Part shown: piece after piece, positions 9,478 through 17,944 of the stretch
Position numbering within the stretch: the stretch's first letter is position 1
Layout of the letters: each line of letters begins with the position of its first letter
Source: an uncultured Chloroflexia bacterium
GTDB lineage: Bacteria > Chloroflexota > Anaerolineae > JAAYZQ01
Assembly (NCBI GenBank): GCA_963700285.1
Contig: CAVOXA010000010.1
Span: forward strand, 1,472,001-1,536,000
Direction: 5' to 3'
Length of the DNA stretch: 64,000 nucleotides
Program-made: the position numbers and the translations under genes
Notes under the pieces: model-generated
Told to the model about the DNA's origin: nothing
Databases searched by the model: none
Seen by the model: the letters and a program-made list of their open reading frames with translations, nothing else

Positions 9478-10491
9478 CTACTGCATGCTGGCGCCAGCGC
9501 GGGAGCGTCGCGGGTCGATGGCATCCTGAAGGCCATCGGCAAAGTAGTTCATGCCCACCACCAGGAAGGTGATGGCCAGCCCGGGAAAGATGCCATAGGT
9601 GGGGGCGCGGTGCAGATAGCTCTGGGCGGACTGGATCATGTTGCCCCAGGATGGGTCGGGCGGCTGGCTCCCCAGGCCAAGATAGCTCAGGGAGGCTTCG
9701 ACCAGGATGGCCGCCGGCGCGGCGATGGCCATGGCCACCATGAGCGGAGCAATGCAGTTGGGGAAAATGGTCTTGCGCATGATCCTGGAATTTCCGCTGC
9801 CGATGGCCCGGGAGGCGTGCACATAGTCCTGGCTCTTGACCGACAGGGTGGTGGCGCGAACCAGGCGGGCAAAGGTGGGCATGCCGATGATGGCCACGGC
9901 GAGCATGGTGTTCATCTGGCCGGGCCCGAGGATGGTCACGATGCCAATGGCCAAAAAGATGGCCGGAAAGGCCAAAAAAGTGTCCCAGATGCGCATGATG
10001 ACCGTATCAAACCAGCCGCCCATGTATCCGGCCAGCAAGCCAGTGATCACGCCCACCAGCGCGGCCAGGACCACGGCCAGCAGGCCGGCCTGGAGGGAGA
10101 CCCGCGAGCCGACAACAATGCGGCTAAAGATGTCGCGCCCCAATTCGTCGGTGCCGAACCAATAGGTCGCGGACGGGGGCAGAAGTTGGTCCTTGACATT
10201 GATGAGAATGGGGTCGTGGGGCGTCAAGTAGGGGCCGAAAATCGCCATGATCACCAGCAGCCCAAGGATCGCCATACCTACAGCCCCTTTTGGGCTCCTG
10301 AGCATCCGCCGGAACACGGCGTAGGTTTGATTCTGGGCCAGGCGCTTGCCGAATGTCTCCTCACTTGCCCGAGGTGGCACGCCGTCAAGCCTTGCCACCG
10401 CCGCCCCCGCATCCTTGATTTCCGTACCGCTGGAATCGGCGTCCACTGAACCGGTAGCACGGTCCCTGGGTTCCTCTATCGCTCGGGTCAT
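9478..10491 (-). CDS. peptide/nickel-type ABC transporter permease (DppC-like)
   Basis: FGTDELGRDIFSR, EAA-like loop, EASLSYLGLG and PSWG. Confidence 0.92.
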   Translation of the reverse strand: MTRAIEEPRDRATGSVDADSSGTEIKDAGAAVARLDGVPPRASEETFGKRLAQNQTYAVFRRMLRSPKGAVGMAILGLLVIMAIFGPYLTPHDPILINVKDQLLPPSATYWFGTDELGRDIFSRIVVGSRVSLQAGLLAVVLAALVGVITGLLAGYMGGWFDTVIMRIWDTFLAFPAIFLAIGIVTILGPGQMNTMLAVAIIGMPTFARLVRATTLSVKSQDYVHASRAIGSGNSRIMRKTIFPNCIAPLMVAMAIAAPAAILVEASLSYLGLGSQPPDPSWGNMIQSAQSYLHRAPTYGIFPGLAITFLVVGMNYFADGLQDAIDPRRSRAGASMQ

Positions 10492-11444
10492 GATTCAGCC
10501 CTCGCGAATCGGACGCGGGGGTCGATGACGCCATAGAGAACATCGACGACCACGTTGGTCAGCAAAAAGATCAGGACGACCAACATCAACGTACCCTGCA
10601 CCACCGGATAGTCCCGGTTCTGTATGGAAAAAACTACCAGCCGCCCGATACCGGAATAGGCGAAAACCGCCTCGGTGATCACGGCTCCGCCCAGGAGGCG
10701 CCCGAACTGGATGCCGATGATGGTCACCACCGGGATCCAGGCGTTCCTGAGGGCATGGCGGCTGATGACAAAGCGCTCGGCGAGCCCCTTGGCATGGGCG
10801 GTACGCACATAGTCTTCGCCCAGCACATCGATGAGGGAGGTCCTCATGTACCGGGAAAAGACGGCCATATTTGAAATGGCGATGGCGGTCACGGGCATGA
10901 TCAGGTACTTGAGGTTGGAGATAAAGCCTGCGCCTGGATCTCCCACACCCGACGGCGGCAGCAGGTGCAGGTTCACGCTAAAGACCAGGATGAGCATGAT
11001 GCCCAGCCAGAAACTGGGGATGGCCAGGCCCAGGGCGTTAAAGCCGGTGATGACCGTGTCCGCCGCCTTGTCGCGGCGCAGCGCGGCGATGATGCCCATG
11101 GACAGGCCAAACAGCAGGGAAACGGCCAGCGCTGTGAGGGCCAGCTTGAGCGTGTTGCCAAAGGCCATGCGGATCAGCTCGGTGACTGGCAGTCTGGTAA
11201 CCTGCGATTTTCCCAGGTTCAGCCTGAGCACATCGGAAAGCCAGATAAAGTAGCGGACTGGGAGGGGTTTGTCCAGACCGAGGCGGTGGCGCTCGATGGC
11301 AAGTTGCTCGTCGGTGGCCTCGCTGCCCAGCATCATGGCCGCCGGGTCGCCGGGGGCGAGCTGGATGATCAGAAAGATCAGGATGGACGCCAGAATGAGC
11401 GTGGGAATGAGCTGTAATAGTCTGCGGATCAGGTATCTTTGCAT
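10488..11444 (-). CDS. peptide/nickel-type ABC transporter permease (DppB-like)
   Basis: PGDPA, DYVRTAHAKGL, RDYPVVQG and IDPRVR. Confidence 0.93.
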   Translation of the reverse strand: MQRYLIRRLLQLIPTLILASILIFLIIQLAPGDPAAMMLGSEATDEQLAIERHRLGLDKPLPVRYFIWLSDVLRLNLGKSQVTRLPVTELIRMAFGNTLKLALTALAVSLLFGLSMGIIAALRRDKAADTVITGFNALGLAIPSFWLGIMLILVFSVNLHLLPPSGVGDPGAGFISNLKYLIMPVTAIAISNMAVFSRYMRTSLIDVLGEDYVRTAHAKGLAERFVISRHALRNAWIPVVTIIGIQFGRLLGGAVITEAVFAYSGIGRLVVFSIQNRDYPVVQGTLMLVVLIFLLTNVVVDVLYGVIDPRVRFARAES

Positions 11445-11549
11445 AGACGTGCTCTACCTTGAACACTGCTTGTACAGGCCATCAACGGGAGCGGATTGCC
11501 TGCCCCCATCAGGCGGGGAAGGCGAACCGCTCCGTCCTGGTACGGGACC

Positions 11550-11583
11550 TCTCCTGTGCGCCGAAATACCGGCGCACAGGAGA
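11550..11583 (-). terminator. 14-bp stem hairpin downstream of the SBP gene (attenuator or mRNA stabiliser)
   Basis: TCTCCTGTGCGCCG-aaatac-CGGCGCACAGGAGA between the SBP and permease genes; no clear U-tract. Confidence 0.6.
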
Positions 11584-11629
11584 TGGCTGGTTCGATCTCG
11601 CGCTGCGTACCAGCCGGCCCCAGTTACGC

Positions 11630-13315
11630 TTATTCCTCGATGGAGGTCTCGGCCAGCATGATGTTGCCCAGCAGGTCGATCTCGATGTCATTGACCTTCT
11701 TGTTCCAGACCCAGGTGCGCGGGTAGGTCATGACGTTGATGGTGGGCAGGTCATCCAGCAGTATCTGGTTGATCTGCCAGTAGATCTCCTGGCGCTTGTC
11801 CTCGTCTGACTCGATGGCGCCTGCGGCGACCAGTGCCTCCAGTTCCGGGTTCTCGTGGCCGTAGCGGTTGAACGTCGGGTCGCCGCGATAGTTGCTCTGG
11901 GTGCCCATAAAGACCGCCGGGTCACGCGTGGACCGGCCGCTGACCCAGGGGTGGATGCCAAAGCCCAGCAGATCGGGGTCTCCGCCGATCTCGTAGAACC
12001 GGGCGTTCTCGACCTCGTTGACGTTGAGGGTGACGCCGATCTTGGCCAGGTCCTGTTGCCAGATCAGGGAGTAGATCTTCATCTCTGGCCAGCGCGGTGT
12101 GGGATGGAAGTCGATCACCAGATCCTCGACGCCGGCCTCCTCTAGCAGGCTAGCCGCTTTTTCCAGGTCGAATTCGTGGGCCATGACCAGGTCCTCTTTG
12201 TAGGCCAGAGAGGCCGGGCTCCAGAAGACCGAGCTGACCGGTTCGGCGTAGCCAAAAGATGCGGCTTCGGCCATTGTCCGGCGGTCCATGGAGTAGGAGA
12301 GGGCCTGGCGCACGCGCGGGTCGTCGAAGGGGGGCTGTTTGGTGTTGACGACGATGTTGAGCACGCTGCCCGAGTTGCTGCTGACCTCGACCTCATAGTT
12401 GGGGTCCTCTTCAAAGCGCTCCAGCTCGGACATGGGCAGGCCCATGACGGCGTCCACCGCGCCCGACTCCAGGTTGAGGCCCAGGGTCTCGGTCTTTTCC
12501 AGCCGCTGGAAGTTCCACTTGTCGAGATAGGGCAGCCCCTCCAGGTAAAAGTCTTCGTTCTTTTCGTAGAGCGAATGCTGGTTGGGCACCCACTCGGTCA
12601 GCTTGAACGGGCCCGTGCCCACGGCCAGGGACTCCATCATGCCCGGGTCGGCCTTGTCGTCGATGCGGACCAGGAAAAAGTAGTCGAGGATGTCGGTCAT
12701 GTAGGGTACCGGTTGTTCGGCCCGAATCTCGATGGTGTAGTCATCCACGGCGACCACGTCGCTGATGGGCGCAAAGAGGCCGATCATCTTTTGGATGGCC
12801 GGGTCCTCGGCCAGCTCAGGGTCCTTGGTATAGTTGTACATGTCCACGATGGTCTGGGCGTTGACGGGCTGGCCGTCGTGCCACTTGACATCTTCCTTCA
12901 GCTTGATGGTGAAGGTTGTCTTGTCGTCCGACGCCTCGTACGACTCGGCGACGTCCAGATGGATCTTGCCTTCGCCATCCTTCCAGAGCAGGCGGCTAAA
13001 GACCTGGTTGTACATACCCATGTCTACGGCGGACATGCGCCACGGGCTCCAGTGGTCAAAGGTGCCGGTCTCGGCATAGTTGAGGGTGCCACCGGCCTTG
13101 CCTGCTTCGGCAGGCTCGGCTGTGACCACGACCTCGACGATTTCCGTGACGACTTTTTCGACGACCTTTTCAACTTCTTTTTCGACGATCACCGTTTCCT
13201 TGACCGTCTTTTCCACTTCGACGGTTTCGATGATGGTCTCGGGTGTTGGCGCACAGGCGGTGAGCACTAACGTGCCAACCATGGCGAGAAACAGTAGCAT
13301 TCGTACGGTTTTCAC
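11630..13315 (-). CDS. ABC transporter substrate-binding lipoprotein (family 5)
   Basis: Lipobox LTAC, V/E/K-rich linker, VKWHDG, GTGPFKL and PFDDPRVRQA. Confidence 0.93.
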   Translation of the reverse strand: MKTVRMLLFLAMVGTLVLTACAPTPETIIETVEVEKTVKETVIVEKEVEKVVEKVVTEIVEVVVTAEPAEAGKAGGTLNYAETGTFDHWSPWRMSAVDMGMYNQVFSRLLWKDGEGKIHLDVAESYEASDDKTTFTIKLKEDVKWHDGQPVNAQTIVDMYNYTKDPELAEDPAIQKMIGLFAPISDVVAVDDYTIEIRAEQPVPYMTDILDYFFLVRIDDKADPGMMESLAVGTGPFKLTEWVPNQHSLYEKNEDFYLEGLPYLDKWNFQRLEKTETLGLNLESGAVDAVMGLPMSELERFEEDPNYEVEVSSNSGSVLNIVVNTKQPPFDDPRVRQALSYSMDRRTMAEAASFGYAEPVSSVFWSPASLAYKEDLVMAHEFDLEKAASLLEEAGVEDLVIDFHPTPRWPEMKIYSLIWQQDLAKIGVTLNVNEVENARFYEIGGDPDLLGFGIHPWVSGRSTRDPAVFMGTQSNYRGDPTFNRYGHENPELEALVAAGAIESDEDKRQEIYWQINQILLDDLPTINVMTYPRTWVWNKKVNDIEIDLLGNIMLAETSIEE

Positions 13316-13396
13316 TTTCCTTCCTCCTTTGACATAGTTGAGTTGTGCGGCTGTACGAGCTTGTTCGCAGACGTTGGATCACAGGTTTTCTGTTGG

Positions 13397-13411
13397 TCAC
13401 CTCCTTTCCTT
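13397..13411 (-). promoter_or_regulatory. orphan extended Shine-Dalgarno block (STAB-SD-like)
   Basis: AAGGAAAGGAGGTGA about 82 nt upstream of the SBP start, with no properly spaced start codon. Confidence 0.5.
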
Positions 13412-13428
13412 GACTGCCTCTGTGGCAG

Positions 13429-14289
13429 TTAGGGCAGCCTAGCGGGTGGTTGATCCCTGCGTACCCTTTGGCCCTGCGCAGGCAAGCTCAGTAGCTGCCC
13501 CTGTTCCGGCCTGACGCTGGGAGTGCGCTCGAGGTTGAACGGAACCGATTGCTCCCTACTCCGGGTCGAGCGCAACATATCAAACATGACTTCTTGTGTG
13601 GCATTGACGTGGGCGGCCAGACCGGCTTTGATGGCGCCAAGGTCATGGCGGCTGTAGGCGTCAAGCATTTCTTGATGGAAGCGCTGGGTTTCCCCGATCA
13701 GGTCCGGGTAATGGGGGGCGGTGGTGACGGCCAGCGTGAGCAGTGAGCCGCTGAGCAGATCCCAGCTCTGGGCCAGCCTTCGGTGCCCGGAAACCTGCAA
13801 GGGTGTGCGGTGGAACTCGATATCCAGCTCCCCGGACTCCTCCCACTTGGCTTGGAGACGCAACTCGACCATGTGGTCGATGCACCATTGCATTCTCGCC
13901 AGATGTTCAGGCAGCAAATGGCCGCAGGTTAGCTCGGCAGCATAGTTCTCCAGGACCTGCCGCAAGCCGAAAATCTCACGCACGTCGTCCTCTGTGACGC
14001 CGCGCACGAACGCGCCACGGCGGGGCTCGCGCACGACAAGGTGCTCCTGTTCGAGGTAAATCAGTGCTTCGCGTATGGGGCCGCGGCTGACCCCGTAGAG
14101 GTCGGCGAGTTCGGACTCGACGAGTTTGGTGCCAGGTGGGAAACTACCGCGAAAGATCTGAAGGCGCAGGGATTTGAGGACATGTTCCCACAGATTAGGT
14201 TGGTTGGCAGAATCGATGTCGATGATGTACACGACTGCCCTTCCCATCCTTGTGAAAGGGTATTGCCTCGACGGACCAGTTCGTTCCAA
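13429..14289 (-). CDS. GntR family transcriptional regulator (FCD domain)
   Basis: wHTH FPPGTKLVESELADLYGVSRGPIREAL; FCD motif DIEFH. Confidence 0.9.
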   Translation of the reverse strand: MERTGPSRQYPFTRMGRAVVYIIDIDSANQPNLWEHVLKSLRLQIFRGSFPPGTKLVESELADLYGVSRGPIREALIYLEQEHLVVREPRRGAFVRGVTEDDVREIFGLRQVLENYAAELTCGHLLPEHLARMQWCIDHMVELRLQAKWEESGELDIEFHRTPLQVSGHRRLAQSWDLLSGSLLTLAVTTAPHYPDLIGETQRFHQEMLDAYSRHDLGAIKAGLAAHVNATQEVMFDMLRSTRSREQSVPFNLERTPSVRPEQGQLLSLPAQGQRVRRDQPPARLP

Positions 14290-14316
14290 CTATCCCAAGA
14301 GCCTGGGCAGTGGATC

Positions 14317-14345
14317 TTGACACAACCACATCCATGTGGTAAACT
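14317..14345 (+). promoter_or_regulatory. sigma70-type promoter of the AKR operon
   Basis: TTGACA-17 nt-TAAACT with extended TG; the spacer contains the palindrome ACCACAT-cc-ATGTGGT. Confidence 0.65.
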
Positions 14346-14366
14346 GTTAACCGAGAAACCGTTTAC

Positions 14367-14395
14367 ATCTTAACATGCTTTGACGCGTTTGTCAA
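14367..14395 (-). promoter_or_regulatory. sigma70-type promoter of the gntR-ABC operon
   Basis: TTGACA-17 nt-TAAGAT with extended TG; overlaps the inverted repeat TTGAC-gcgttt-GTCAA. Confidence 0.65.
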
Positions 14396-14429
14396 GTCCG
14401 AAATCCTGGCGTCTACGGCTGTTGCAAAG

Positions 14430-14627
14430 TCGTCATCATCGCGAACGTCAGCGCCTGTCCCGAGCATGTCCCGAGTCCGCGAAGGGCCTGCCGAGGGAAA
14501 GCGATCTCCACCTGTGTAGTTGGGGATTGCTTCGCTCCGGCAAAAAGCGCCTCCGCTCGCAATGACGAGGTCAGGTGTCATTCCATTTCGAGTGGCGCCC
14601 TGTGCCATGGAGCACTCGCAATGACAG
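14430..14627. repeat. REP-like palindromic elements
   Basis: GGGGATTGCTTCGCTCCGG...CTCGCAATGAC at about 14522-14566 and a second CTCGCAATGAC at about 14615-14625, resembling a common intergenic REP family. Confidence 0.5.
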
Positions 14628-14751
14628 ATTGGCCGGCAGTGCATGTCAGGGGACAATACAACAGATCTGCCCAGGGCCCATGTGGGCTTGCGGCGACCAA
14701 GAAACCCTGCCAGGTCTACCGGCTGGCAGCAAGAAGCGAAAGGAGATCTCG

Positions 14752-15816
14752 ATGGATCATCGGAAACCCCATCCCGAATTCTATGACATGGCCTTTACCA
14801 CAGAAGAGTTCAACGGCATGCCCTACCGCTACCTGGGCAGGTCGGGTTTGCGGGTGTCGAACGTGGGCCTGGGCACGTGGAAGATCGGCTATCCCGAGAC
14901 GGGCGACGGCGCTCGGGTGGACGAAAAGACTGCGTTGCAGATCCTGGACCGGGCGGTGGAGCTGGGCGTCACCTTCTGGGATACGGCCAACCGCTACAAT
15001 GCTTCTTCGGGAAACTCGGAGCGGGTTATTGGCACCTGGATGCAGCAGAATCCCGACCAGCGGCGGAACGTGGTGCTGGCCACCAAGGTTTTCGGCCTCA
15101 TGGACGGGCGCACGCCCAACCACTGCCGCCTGTCCAGGGGCAGCATCCTGGATTCGGTCTATGCCAGTCTGGAGCGGCTGCAAGTGGACTATGTCGATCT
15201 GCTCTACTTCCACGCCTTCGATCCCTTGACGCCTGTGGAAGAGAGCCTGGCTGCCGTAGAGGACTTGGTCCGGCGCGATCTGGTGCGCTACCTGGCCGTA
15301 TCCAACTATTCGGCCGATCAACTTTCGGTCTACCGGGCCGCGGAGCAGCAGGCCAGCATCCGCTGTCGGGTGGTGGCTGTCCAAAACCAGTTTGACATCC
15401 TTCAGGGCGAGGTCTACACACCTTCGGATGTCCTTGCCTACGCCGCCCGCAGCGGGATCTCGTTCGTCGCCTGGAGCCCGCTGGCCAGGGGGCTGCTCAC
15501 CGATCGCTATCTGAACGTGGAGGCGGTGGGTCCCGGCGACCGCCTCTACGACGAGGGCGCGCTGGAGGGGCTGGCCACCGAGAAAGCACTGGCCAAGCTG
15601 CGCCAGCTCGCCGCGCTGGCCCGCCAGTGGACGTGTGAGCTGAGCCAACTGGTCATCGCCTACATGCTGACCCTGCCAGGCATGGGTCCGGTGATCGCCT
15701 CCGCATCGTCCGTGGAGCAGCTAGCGTCCAATGCCGCAGCGGGCAAGGTGGTGCTGACGGATGAGCAGCTACTCCGGGTGAAAGCGGTGCTGGGGGATCC
15801 GGGCACACTGGAGTGA
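14752..15816 (+). CDS. aldo/keto reductase
   Basis: YRYLGRSGLRVS, WDTANRY, LATK, SLERLQVDYVDL and WSPLARGLL; AAGGAG RBS before ATG 14752. Confidence 0.92.
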   Translation: MDHRKPHPEFYDMAFTTEEFNGMPYRYLGRSGLRVSNVGLGTWKIGYPETGDGARVDEKTALQILDRAVELGVTFWDTANRYNASSGNSERVIGTWMQQNPDQRRNVVLATKVFGLMDGRTPNHCRLSRGSILDSVYASLERLQVDYVDLLYFHAFDPLTPVEESLAAVEDLVRRDLVRYLAVSNYSADQLSVYRAAEQQASIRCRVVAVQNQFDILQGEVYTPSDVLAYAARSGISFVAWSPLARGLLTDRYLNVEAVGPGDRLYDEGALEGLATEKALAKLRQLAALARQWTCELSQLVIAYMLTLPGMGPVIASASSVEQLASNAAAGKVVLTDEQLLRVKAVLGDPGTLE

Positions 15817-16823
15817 GCATTTCCTGGGGGATCCTGGGGGCGGGCGCCATCGCTGACCGGCAGATGGCGCCTGCTATAGATCTGGCGCATGACCAGCGCC
15901 TGGTTGCCGTTATGCGGCGCGACGGCGCGATGGCCCGCGCCTTTGCGGCCAAGCATGGTGCTGCCAGGGCCTATGACACCGTCGATGCCCTGCTGGCTGA
16001 CGGCCAGGTCGATGCCGTCTATGTGGCCACGCCGCCTGATACCCACGCCGAGTATACCATCCTCGCCGCCGAGCAGGGAAAACACGTGCTGTGCGAGAAA
16101 CCGATGGCGCTGGACGTCTTGCAGGCGCAGCGGATGATCGAAGCCTGCCAGACCAACGGCGTGCAACTGATGGTCTGCTATTATCAGCGCTTTAATGCCC
16201 GCCACCAACAGATCAAACGCTTGCTTGATGCCGGCGCCGTGGGCAGGGTAACGGCCGTGCGGGTCAGTTTCAGCAGCTACCACCCCCCTCGGCCAGGTTC
16301 CTGGCACCACGACCCGCGGATCAGCGGCGGAGGCCCGCTGATGGATCTCGCTCCCCACTGCGTGGACCTGTTGCGCTACCTCTGCGGCCCGGTCACAGAG
16401 GTCAGCGCCATGGTCGATACCCTGGCCTCCATATCGGCTGTCGAGGATACGGCCACGTTGTTGCTGCGATTGGAGAATGGCGCCCAGGCGGTCATCACTA
16501 CCCACTGGAGCGCGGCGAACCATGATCCCGAGCACCTGAATTGTATCGAGATCGATGGCACCCAGGGTACCATCCTGGCCGCACCCATCCAGGCCAAGGA
16601 CTCGGCCGGCTCCCTGCGGCTCATCACCGCTGAAGGGAGCCAGGACTTCCCGGTGGCGCCCGGCGGCCCGCGTCCCCACGTCGTCCTGCTGGAGGCCTTG
16701 GGGCTGGCCCTGAACAGCGGTCAACCCGCCCCCGTGCCGGGCCAGGAGGGATTGGCCGGCCTGGCAGTGATCCAGGCCGCCTACCGGTCGGCCCGGCAGG
16801 GCACAATCGTGCGATTGGGCTGA
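15813..16823 (+). CDS. Gfo/Idh/MocA family oxidoreductase
   Basis: WGILGAGAIA, HVLCEKPMA and GGGPLMDLAPH. Confidence 0.92.
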   Translation: MSISWGILGAGAIADRQMAPAIDLAHDQRLVAVMRRDGAMARAFAAKHGAARAYDTVDALLADGQVDAVYVATPPDTHAEYTILAAEQGKHVLCEKPMALDVLQAQRMIEACQTNGVQLMVCYYQRFNARHQQIKRLLDAGAVGRVTAVRVSFSSYHPPRPGSWHHDPRISGGGPLMDLAPHCVDLLRYLCGPVTEVSAMVDTLASISAVEDTATLLLRLENGAQAVITTHWSAANHDPEHLNCIEIDGTQGTILAAPIQAKDSAGSLRLITAEGSQDFPVAPGGPRPHVVLLEALGLALNSGQPAPVPGQEGLAGLAVIQAAYRSARQGTIVRLG

Positions 16824-16828
16824 ATTCG

Positions 16829-17944
16829 ATGCGCTCCGTTTTTTATTGGGAGTCCGCGGGCCTGTCCCTGACGAAAGCCAACCCCTACGGAGGGCTGCTG
16901 GCCCGGGCCATGGCCGAGTTGGGCGTTGAAGTGACGGCCGGACACGGTCGGGACCTCGATGGTGACTGGCTCCTGGAGAACCGGGGGCGCATCGACGTGC
17001 TCCACCTCAACTGGCCGCACTACCTGTACGACGCGCCCGATCTGGAAAGCCGCGTTTCCCGCTGCGCGGCCCTGATCGGCCATCTCGGCCTGGCCCGTTC
17101 TCTGGGTTACAGGATTGTGTGGACGGTCCACAACCTCTATCCCCATGACCGGACCCACTTTGACCTGGACCGGCTGGCGAGGCTGGCCATCAGCTCCGTG
17201 GCCACGGCGTTGATCGTCCATTGCGAGCGGGCGCGCGCCCTGGTACAACGGCACTTTTACCGCACAGAAGGCGTTTTTACCATCCCTCACGGCCACTTTG
17301 TCGATGCCTATCCCAACACGCTGTCCAGCACAGAGGCCCGCCGGTGCCTTGGGATCGCCCAAGACCGTTTTGTCTACCTCTTTTTTGGCAACCTGCGTCC
17401 CTACAAGGGGGTCGAGGATCTTTTGGATGCCTTCTGCGGGCTGAAGGGTCTGGACCTGCGGCTTGTTCTGGTGGTGAAGGATCGCGACGCGTACAGCAGA
17501 TCCTTGATCGAGCGGGCCGGACAACTCGATCCGCGGATCCTCGTTCACACCGCACATTTTTATCCCAACGAGGATTTCCAGATCTATTTGAACGCAGCAG
17601 ACGTCGTCGTCCTGCCATTTCTGGAGGTCCTGACCTCGGGGTCGGCCATCACGGCCCTATCCTTTGGCCGGCCGGTGATTGCGCCGGCTATGGGCTGTCT
17701 GCCTGAGCTATTGGACAACAATATGGGTATCGTCTACGATCCCAGCGAGGCGGGCGCGCTGGGGCAGGCCATGCAGACCATCCGGGAGCGCGACGTGGCG
17801 GCCTGCAGCCGGGCCGCGTACCGTCGTGCCAGATCGCTGTCCTGGGATGCCATTGCCCGGCTGACGCTGGAGGCCTATCGCTACCAGGGCGCCAGCGCGC
17901 CGGTAGCGGGCGCGAACCTAAAAGATGACGCTGCTGATCCCTGA
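16829..17944 (+). CDS. glycosyltransferase family 4 (GT-B)
   Basis: WTVHNLYPH, IPHGH, FFGNLRPYKG and ADVVVLPF...SGS. Confidence 0.85.
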   Translation: MRSVFYWESAGLSLTKANPYGGLLARAMAELGVEVTAGHGRDLDGDWLLENRGRIDVLHLNWPHYLYDAPDLESRVSRCAALIGHLGLARSLGYRIVWTVHNLYPHDRTHFDLDRLARLAISSVATALIVHCERARALVQRHFYRTEGVFTIPHGHFVDAYPNTLSSTEARRCLGIAQDRFVYLFFGNLRPYKGVEDLLDAFCGLKGLDLRLVLVVKDRDAYSRSLIERAGQLDPRILVHTAHFYPNEDFQIYLNAADVVVLPFLEVLTSGSAITALSFGRPVIAPAMGCLPELLDNNMGIVYDPSEAGALGQAMQTIRERDVAACSRAAYRRARSLSWDAIARLTLEAYRYQGASAPVAGANLKDDAADP

